The notes under the pieces: generated by a model | Seen by the model: the letters and a program-made list of their open reading frames with translations, nothing else | What the model was told of the DNA's origin: nothing | Database searches by the model: none | Shown here: one piece after another, positions 35,784-41,432 of the stretch | Numbering within the stretch: position 1 is the stretch's first letter | How the letters are laid out: every line of letters begins with the position of its first letter | Virus genome (UHGV): UHGV-1461890 | Length of the DNA: 41,432 nt | Reading direction: 5' to 3' (one strand) | Source of the DNA: a virus | Translations under genes and position numbers: made by a program

Positions 35784-35799
35784 GAGGGAGGTGAAAATA

Positions 35800-36045
35800 A
35801 TGAAAATGAGCGATACAAACGTTAAATTTGATTACTCCAAACTTCTTGGAAAAATCAAAGAAAAAGGCTATATACAAAGTGATATTGCTAAGAAAGTTGG
35901 CATAGGTAAGACAACTTTTAACGAGGTCCTTTCGGGCAAAACTTTTTTAAGGCAGCCAACAATTATTAAGATTTGTGATGTGTTGGAAATAGCATATAAG
36001 GATATACCCTTATATTTTTTTACCCAAAGGGTTCAGGAAAACTAA
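35800..36045 (+). CDS. Cro-like XRE-family HTH protein
   Basis: ATG at 35800 after GGGAGGTG. HTH region YIQSDIAKKVGIGKTTFNEVLSG. Confidence 0.65.
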   Translation: MKMSDTNVKFDYSKLLGKIKEKGYIQSDIAKKVGIGKTTFNEVLSGKTFLRQPTIIKICDVLEIAYKDIPLYFFTQRVQEN

Positions 36046-36105
36046 ACTTTTAAAAACCTAAATGGGTACAAGCTACTCAATCATATTGTATAGAGAGGTG
36101 ATTAT

Positions 36106-36318
36106 ATGCAACGTCAGGAAATCAAAATGGAAGAGGTTAAGGTACATACACCTGACCTTGCAAAAGATAAAAAGAATGAATTAACCGTAACGCTTTTTAT
36201 CGGTGGTCAGCAGGTAGATAGCCTGACTTCCGAACAGAGTGAGCGTATGGCGAAGAGGTTAGGTAAAACAATGAGTCTATTTTACACAGCTCATTCAGAT
36301 GAATATGAAAAAATTTAA
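36106..36318 (+). CDS. hypothetical early protein
   Basis: 70 aa with RBS AGAGAGGTGA. Confidence 0.4.
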   Translation: MQRQEIKMEEVKVHTPDLAKDKKNELTVTLFIGGQQVDSLTSEQSERMAKRLGKTMSLFYTAHSDEYEKI

Positions 36319-36330
36319 GGAGAAAAAACT

Positions 36331-36561
36331 ATGATTATTGAATCTTGGATAGCAGCAATCATTATGATTGCCCTTGCACTTATAGGAATTGTAGCTCTTT
36401 TTATGTCAATAGTAGAAGGCCAAAGGCTCGAAGACGCCAACCACCAGATTAAAAGACTTGAACACGAAAATGGCGAACTGAAGCGCTATATAGCAGTGCA
36501 AAGGACAAAGAACATCATAGGTGTGGCAAATGATTTTAATAACGAAGGGAAGAAAAAGTAA
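36331..36561 (+). CDS. small membrane/coiled-coil protein
   Basis: 76 aa with RBS AAGGAGAAAA; an N-terminal TM helix is followed by a coiled coil. Confidence 0.4.
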   Translation: MIIESWIAAIIMIALALIGIVALFMSIVEGQRLEDANHQIKRLEHENGELKRYIAVQRTKNIIGVANDFNNEGKKK

Positions 36562-37496
36562 TGTACAAGAATCTTACCAAAATCTCTACTGTGGGTATGC
36601 CTCACGAAGTGTGGTTGGAGCATAGGCAAAAATCAATCGGTGGCTCGGATGCCTCAGCAATACTCGGTATGAATACATATTGCTCACCTTATACAGTATG
36701 GGCGGACAAGCTCGGTAAACTTCCTCCGAAGGAAGATAACGAGGCTATGAGGCTCGGAAGAGACCTTGAAGACTATGTTGCTAAACGCTTTACCGAAGAG
36801 ACCGGGAAAAAGGTTAGACGAGAAAACAATATCATTATCAATCCCCTGCTCCCCTTTGCTCATGCCAATGTCGATAGGATGGTAGTTGGTGAGGATGCAG
36901 GTCTCGAATGTAAGACCACATCGGTTATGAATCTTAAAAGATTTAAAAACGGAGAGTATCCTGAAAACTACTATGTGCAATGTGTCCACTACCTCATGGT
37001 AACAGGTGCTAAAAGATGGTACTTAGGTGTTCTAATCCTCGGTGTAGGATTTAAGTGGTTTGTAATTGAGCGAGACGAGGATGAGATTAAAGCTCTTGCT
37101 AAGTCTGAGGAAGCCTTTTGGGAACATATTAAGAACAACACTCCTCCCGAAACTGATGGCTCCGAGTCAACCTGTGAAACACTTACCACTATTTACCCTG
37201 AATCAAATGGTAACACAGTAAATCTCTTTGCTTATGAGGATAGCCTAAAACAATATATTGCCATCGGTAAGCAGATTGACGAGCTTAAAAAACTCAGGGA
37301 TGAGATGGCAAACAATGTTAAGGCATTTATGGGTGAAGCAGGTAAAGGTGAATCAAACCACTTTAAAGTATCTTGGAGTTCTTCACTCCGAAGCACTTTT
37401 GACCATAAAAAATTTGCATCAGATAATCCAAATCTTGATTTAACTCAGTATTACAAATCGTCAACCACTCGTACTTTTCGAGTAATAGAAATATAA
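36561..37496 (+). CDS. YqaJ-like recombination exonuclease (PD-(D/E)XK)
   Basis: 311 aa. The N-terminal GGSDASAILG motif is typical of the YqaJ viral recombinase exonuclease domain. It is directly upstream of recT. Confidence 0.7.
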   Translation: MYKNLTKISTVGMPHEVWLEHRQKSIGGSDASAILGMNTYCSPYTVWADKLGKLPPKEDNEAMRLGRDLEDYVAKRFTEETGKKVRRENNIIINPLLPFAHANVDRMVVGEDAGLECKTTSVMNLKRFKNGEYPENYYVQCVHYLMVTGAKRWYLGVLILGVGFKWFVIERDEDEIKALAKSEEAFWEHIKNNTPPETDGSESTCETLTTIYPESNGNTVNLFAYEDSLKQYIAIGKQIDELKKLRDEMANNVKAFMGEAGKGESNHFKVSWSSSLRSTFDHKKFASDNPNLDLTQYYKSSTTRTFRVIEI

Positions 37497-37510
37497 AGGA
37501 GAAATTTAAT

Positions 37511-38353
37511 ATGGCTAATAAAATTCAGAATCAGGTAGCAACCACCACAGGTAATGGTGAAAAGAAAACCATGCAGCAATACATCAAGGCGATGGAAAGT
37601 GAAATTAAAAAGGCTCTTCCTTCGGTTATAACTCCCGAAAGATTCACTCGCATGGTACTTTCAGCAATATCCACAAATCCTAAACTCGCCTCTTGCACAA
37701 AGGCATCATTTCTCGGAGCTATGATGAATGCTGCTCAGCTTGGTCTTGAGCCAAACACTCCTCTTGGACAAGCCTACATATTGCCTTATCAGAATAAGGG
37801 TGTGCTTGAGGCTCAATTTCAGTTGGGGTATAAGGGCCTTATAGACCTTGCATATAGAAGCGGTGAGGTTGAGGTAGTACAAGCTCACATAGTTTATGAA
37901 AACGATAAATTTGAGTGTAGTTATGGTCTTGAACCTAAGCTCACACATACTCCTGCTGATAAGAATAGAGGCGAACCTGTAAAGGTTTATGCAGTATTCA
38001 AAACTAAGTCAGGTGGCTATGGTTTTGAGGTTATGAGTATGGAAGATGTTCGCACTCATGCATCAAAATACAGCAAGTCTTATGGCACAAGCTTTTCACC
38101 TTGGAAAACAAACTTCGAAGAAATGGCTAAGAAAACTGTTCTTAAAAAGGTCCTTAAATATGCGCCTTTAAAAAGTGATTTTGTAAGAGGCATTACTCAG
38201 GATGAAACAATCAAATCTGATATGTCAGATGATATGTACTCCGTACCTAATGAGGTTGTATACGAAGTTGATGATTATACCGTTATTGATACCGATACAG
38301 GAGAGGTGACAAATGATGGAGCAAACAGTTCAGAAGAAACTGTCACAGTATGA
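37511..38353 (+). CDS. recT: RecT-family single-strand annealing protein
   Basis: 280 aa with RecT-like conserved blocks (FLGAMMNAAQLGLEP...GQAYILPY...GYKGLIDLA); sits next to the exonuclease and SSB genes. Confidence 0.75.
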   Translation: MANKIQNQVATTTGNGEKKTMQQYIKAMESEIKKALPSVITPERFTRMVLSAISTNPKLASCTKASFLGAMMNAAQLGLEPNTPLGQAYILPYQNKGVLEAQFQLGYKGLIDLAYRSGEVEVVQAHIVYENDKFECSYGLEPKLTHTPADKNRGEPVKVYAVFKTKSGGYGFEVMSMEDVRTHASKYSKSYGTSFSPWKTNFEEMAKKTVLKKVLKYAPLKSDFVRGITQDETIKSDMSDDMYSVPNEVVYEVDDYTVIDTDTGEVTNDGANSSEETVTV

Positions 38354-38702
38354 TATTGTCCTTAACCACTTAAAAAGTGGTAAGGAAATAACTCAGTTAG
38401 AGGCTACTCAAAAATATCGCATATTAAGGCTTGGAGCCATCATCTTTAACCTTCGCAAAGATGGTTATATCATTTCAACACGAATTGAGCATAAGCCTAA
38501 TCAATATGGAAACATCTCAAATTATGCAGTATATAAACTCTTGCTTAAAAAATACCTCATCGAATGGGAGACCTGCTATAACGAGGATTTTCCCGAACAA
38601 AGAGGCGAGATGATTGTTGAAGCCATAAACGAAGAAGAGGCTGCTAAACAGTTTGATGTGTTCCATGCAGTAATAATAGGAATAAGTGAGGTTAAAGGAT
38701 AA
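38313..38702 (+). CDS. hypothetical protein with N-terminal winged-helix-like region
   Basis: 129 aa overlapping the recT 3' end by ~40 nt; RBS GAGGTGA. Confidence 0.4.
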   Translation: MMEQTVQKKLSQYDIVLNHLKSGKEITQLEATQKYRILRLGAIIFNLRKDGYIISTRIEHKPNQYGNISNYAVYKLLLKKYLIEWETCYNEDFPEQRGEMIVEAINEEEAAKQFDVFHAVIIGISEVKG

Positions 38703-39043
38703 TGTTTAATTCAAATACGGAAGGACACCTTGTGGTTTTTGCACAACATGATAATTGCTCAAAAGAGTTTCTATTTGCAGTACCTTGGTATTTAGAGGTT
38801 CACAAAGGAGATGTTCTTTTGGTAGAGACAATGTATGGAGATGCTATTGCAACCGCCACAAGCGAAATGTTTGAAGGAAAAGATATAGATGAGGTTGCGA
38901 CAAAATTTGGTGCATATCTTCCCCTTAAAAAAGTAAAGGAAGTGGCAGGTATCAAAATTAGAGCAAACTTGAGGCAAAAACTCTTCGAAGAACTGAAAAC
39001 AAAATTATTGAGAACAGTTTTGGAGGTAGTGAGTCATGTTTAA
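38702..39043 (+). CDS. hypothetical protein
   Basis: 113 aa with start overlapping the upstream stop (TAATG). Confidence 0.4.
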   Translation: MFNSNTEGHLVVFAQHDNCSKEFLFAVPWYLEVHKGDVLLVETMYGDAIATATSEMFEGKDIDEVATKFGAYLPLKKVKEVAGIKIRANLRQKLFEELKTKLLRTVLEVVSHV

Positions 39044-39470
39044 TTTAGTAGTTTTGTCAGGCCGCTTAACCGCCGACCCGGAACTTAAAACCACTCCCAA
39101 CGGGGTATCCGTTTGCTCCTTCACCATAGCAGTAGATAAAAGGCACAGACAGGGCGAAGAGAGACAGGCTGATTTTATCAATATAGTGGCTTGGAGAGGT
39201 ACTGCTGAGTTTATAAGCAAACACTTCCACAAAGGCTCTATGATAGGCATTGAGGGCGCTGTTCAGACTCGTAAATACCAAGATAAGAATGGCAACAACC
39301 GTACTGCTTTTGAAATCGTTGTGAATAATGTGCAGTTTATTGAGTCTAAGAGGTCTCAAGATAATAGCGAAGGTAGTTCTTCACCTACACCTGAAAACGA
39401 CCCTCTGCCTCAATTTGCTGAGCATTTAGCAGGGGTTGAAGATATATCCGATGAGGATTGTCCGTTCTGA
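39036..39470 (+). CDS. ssb: single-stranded DNA-binding protein
   Basis: OB-fold block (LTADPELKTTPNGVSVCSFTIAV...ADFINIVAWRGTAEF) and an acidic C-terminal tail ending DEDCPF, which matches the SSB tail consensus DDDIPF. Confidence 0.85.
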   Translation: MFNLVVLSGRLTADPELKTTPNGVSVCSFTIAVDKRHRQGEERQADFINIVAWRGTAEFISKHFHKGSMIGIEGAVQTRKYQDKNGNNRTAFEIVVNNVQFIESKRSQDNSEGSSSPTPENDPLPQFAEHLAGVEDISDEDCPF

Positions 39471-39485
39471 TGGGAGGTATAGTCA

Positions 39486-40199
39486 ATGAGTGATACCATG
39501 AGTCTCTTTGACCTCCTCCCTGAAGAAGAGGCACAGTATTTTAAAAAGCAAAAGTCAACCGATTGGAAATGGACCATGGCAAATGACTATCCAAAAGAGA
39601 AAAATGGTCTCAAAGTGTTTAGTTGTTTTGCTTGTGGTGGTGGCTCTACTATGGGATATAAGTTAGCTGGTTGTGAGGTTTTAGGGTGTGTAGAAATAGA
39701 CCCTAAAATGAACGAGGTCTACATAAAAAACCATAATCCTAAGCATAACTTTCTTATGGATATAAGAAAATTTAACAAAATTCCTAATGAGAAACTGCCT
39801 GAAGAATTATTTAACCTTGATATACTCGATGGCTCTCCCCCCTGCACTACTTTCTCTATGGCTGGTGAACGAGAGGAAAGTTGGGGCAAGAAAAAGAAAT
39901 TTAGAGAAGGACAGGCTGAACAAACTCTTGATGATTTATCCTTTGTATTCATTGAAACGGTTGCAAAGTTAAGACCTAAAGTAATGATTATGGAGAATGT
40001 TGAAGGTCTTATAAAAGGTGAGGCGTGGAGCTATGTGCAGAGGATATATCAGCAATTAAATGATATAGGCTATCAAGTTAAGCATTGGTTATGTAAAGCT
40101 CATCTTATGGGTGTTCCACAACGAAGAAATCGAGTATTTTTTATAGCTTTGAGAGAAGACGTTGATTACGATTTGTGGGATTTAGATATCCCAAGATAA
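39486..40199 (+). CDS. truncated DNA (cytosine-5) methyltransferase (motifs I, IV, VI, VIII only)
   Basis: FSCFACGGGSTMG (motif I), GSPPCTTFS (motif IV), ENV (motif VI) and QRRNRVFFIA (motif VIII) are present. The ORF ends at aa 237 with no target-recognition domain or motifs IX/X, and no downstream frame continues it. Confidence 0.65.
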   Translation: MSDTMSLFDLLPEEEAQYFKKQKSTDWKWTMANDYPKEKNGLKVFSCFACGGGSTMGYKLAGCEVLGCVEIDPKMNEVYIKNHNPKHNFLMDIRKFNKIPNEKLPEELFNLDILDGSPPCTTFSMAGEREESWGKKKKFREGQAEQTLDDLSFVFIETVAKLRPKVMIMENVEGLIKGEAWSYVQRIYQQLNDIGYQVKHWLCKAHLMGVPQRRNRVFFIALREDVDYDLWDLDIPR

Positions 40200-40267
40200 A
40201 TACTTTAGGTGGGAAATGTTAGATAAACCACTTCAATATAAAATTATGTTTTAAAGGAGGCTGAGTG

Positions 40268-41014
40268 ATGGCAAACAAAAGAATGTTTTCAATGGACATA
40301 GCAGATAGTGATGCTTTTTTAGAGATGCCGCTATCTTCTCAGGCTTTATATTTTCATCTTTCGATGAGAGCAGATGACGATGGGTTTGTAAAGAATCCAA
40401 AGAAAACACAAAGGATAATAGGCGCTTCCGATGATGATTTAAAGATACTTATAGCGAAGAGATTTATTCTTCCTTTTGATTCAGGAATCGTAGTTATAAA
40501 GCATTGGAAAATCAATAATACCATTCGTTCTGACCGATACAAACCAACCACATATATTGAAGAAAAATCAATGCTGGTTGTTAAAGAAAACGGTGCCTAT
40601 ACGGAGGCTAAAAATCTTGGTATACCAAGTGGTATACCAAATGACAACCAAGTGGGTGACAGTTGGTTACCACAGTATAGTATAGGTAAGAGTAGTATAG
40701 ATTTAGGTAAGTATAGTTGTAGTTGTAGTAGCGAAAATGACAACCACAACAACAGCGACTTTCCCACAAAAAATGATGAGTTTTCCACCGACTTATCCAC
40801 CAATAGCCAATTTGAACTGCAAAACGGAAGTCTCGGAAGAGGTGTTGTTCTTCTCACACCTGAGCAGGATGAGGCTCTACTAGATAAGTTAGGCTTCGAT
40901 GGATACAACCACTATGTATCTAAACTTGCTGACTTCATTATTGAGAAGGAAGCAAAGGTAGGTAACCATTATGCAACCATACTCAAGTGGGCAAGAGAGG
41001 ATTCTAAACTTTAA
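40268..41014 (+). CDS. phage replisome organizer (Phage_rep_org_N-like N-terminal domain)
   Basis: ATG at 40268 after AGGAGG. The N-terminal block MFSMDIADSDAFLEMPLSSQALYFHLSMRADDDGFVKNPKK...IVVIKHWKINN matches the replisome-organizer N-domain pattern. A low-complexity linker carries DNA repeats. Confidence 0.7.
   Translation: MANKRMFSMDIADSDAFLEMPLSSQALYFHLSMRADDDGFVKNPKKTQRIIGASDDDLKILIAKRFILPFDSGIVVIKHWKINNTIRSDRYKPTTYIEEKSMLVVKENGAYTEAKNLGIPSGIPNDNQVGDSWLPQYSIGKSSIDLGKYSCSCSSENDNHNNSDFPTKNDEFSTDLSTNSQFELQNGSLGRGVVLLTPEQDEALLDKLGFDGYNHYVSKLADFIIEKEAKVGNHYATILKWAREDSKL
40621..40735. repeat. cluster of short direct repeats (CCAAGTGG x2, TAGGTAAG x2, AGTATAG x3, TTGTAG x2) inside the replisome-organizer gene; candidate origin iterons
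   Basis: Repeats seen in the sequence. They coincide with the low-complexity protein linker, as is typical for an ori embedded in a rep gene. Confidence 0.45.
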
Positions 41015-41064
41015 ATAATGCTGAGGCATTAAAAAATAAAAATTAAAACTAAGGAGAAAAAATT

Positions 41065-41352
41065 ATGTTAAACAAGAAAGTAATTATCAGAGCAGACAGA
41101 GCAGGAGTTTTCTTTGGAACACTCAAAAAGAAAAACGGCACAGAAGTAACCCTTAGCGATTGTCGCAGATTATGGTATTGGGATGGTGCTGCAAGTTTAT
41201 CACAGTTAGCGGTTGATGGAACTAATAACCCAAGAGAGTGTAAATTCACCGTAACTGTACCCGAAATAATCATAACAGGTGTGATTGAAATTATCCCTTG
41301 CACAGATAAGGCGATTGAATCTATTGAGGGTGTAAAGGAATGGAAAAGATAA
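41065..41352 (+). CDS. hypothetical protein
   Basis: 95 aa with RBS AAGGAGAAAA. Confidence 0.45.
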   Translation: MLNKKVIIRADRAGVFFGTLKKKNGTEVTLSDCRRLWYWDGAASLSQLAVDGTNNPRECKFTVTVPEIIITGVIEIIPCTDKAIESIEGVKEWKR

Positions 41353-41432
41353 AAGAATTTTTAAAAATTGAACTTGGCTCTGGCTCTGGCTATGGCTCTG
41401 GCTCTGGCGATGGCTCTGGCTATGGCTATGGC
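41340..41432 (+). CDS. N-terminal part of a Gly-Ser-Tyr/Asp repeat protein (MEKIKEFLKIELGSGSGYGSGSGDG...), open to the window end
   Basis: ATG at 41340 overlaps the upstream stop (ATGGAAAAGATAA). The frame stays open through 18-bp repeat units to the last base and is in frame with the ORF at the window start once the 18-nt terminal overlap is applied. Confidence 0.5.
   Translation, partial: MEKIKEFLKIELGSGSGYGSGSGDGSGYGYG
41376..41432 (+). repeat. 18-bp coding tandem repeat variants (GGCTCTGGCTCTGGCKAT / GGCTCTGGCTAT) at the window end
   Basis: Same repeat family as nt 1-47; nt 41404-41421 are identical to nt 1-18. Confidence 0.8.

Noticed and set aside
1-41432. tRNA, rRNA or CRISPR loci
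   Set aside because: No cloverleaf-compatible 70-90-nt segments or spacer-repeat arrays were noticed by eye. A tRNAscan or Infernal run would be needed to exclude them formally.

Overview
This window looks like a near-complete ~41.4 kb temperate phage genome of Firmicutes type. It is AT-rich, uses AGGAGG-type ribosome-binding sites, and its genes are tightly packed and overlapping. Both ends of the window lie inside a single reading frame that carries a variable 18-bp tandem repeat (Gly-Ser-Gly-Ser-Gly-Asp/Tyr). The last 18 nt equal the first 18 nt in frame, so the genome is probably circular or circularly permuted and was opened inside this gene. Gene order runs from small Cys-rich early proteins and a DUF1064-like protein, through the small and large terminase subunits, portal, a phage-encoded Prp-type cysteine protease, and scaffold and major capsid proteins that both carry L27-like N-terminal leaders. 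Next comes a block of mid-size virion proteins with no recognisable tail-tube, tape-measure or sheath gene, then a giant 3,782-aa ORF with metallopeptidase and ADP-ribosyltransferase-like modules, and a BppU/collagen-repeat fibre with a second fibre-like protein. The remainder holds two holin-like proteins with an Amidase_3-SPOR endolysin, a large serine integrase with a palindromic attP-like site, a minus-strand accessory operon (HTH-coiled-coil, membrane protein, zinc ribbon), and a CI/Cro-type switch with three GTTCAG operator repeats. The window ends with a YqaJ exonuclease / RecT / SSB recombination module, a truncated C5-cytosine methyltransferase and a replisome-organizer gene with internal iterons. 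The most unusual element is the giant multi-domain ORF in a structural module that looks podovirus-like. All calls rest on motif recognition by eye; no database searches were run.
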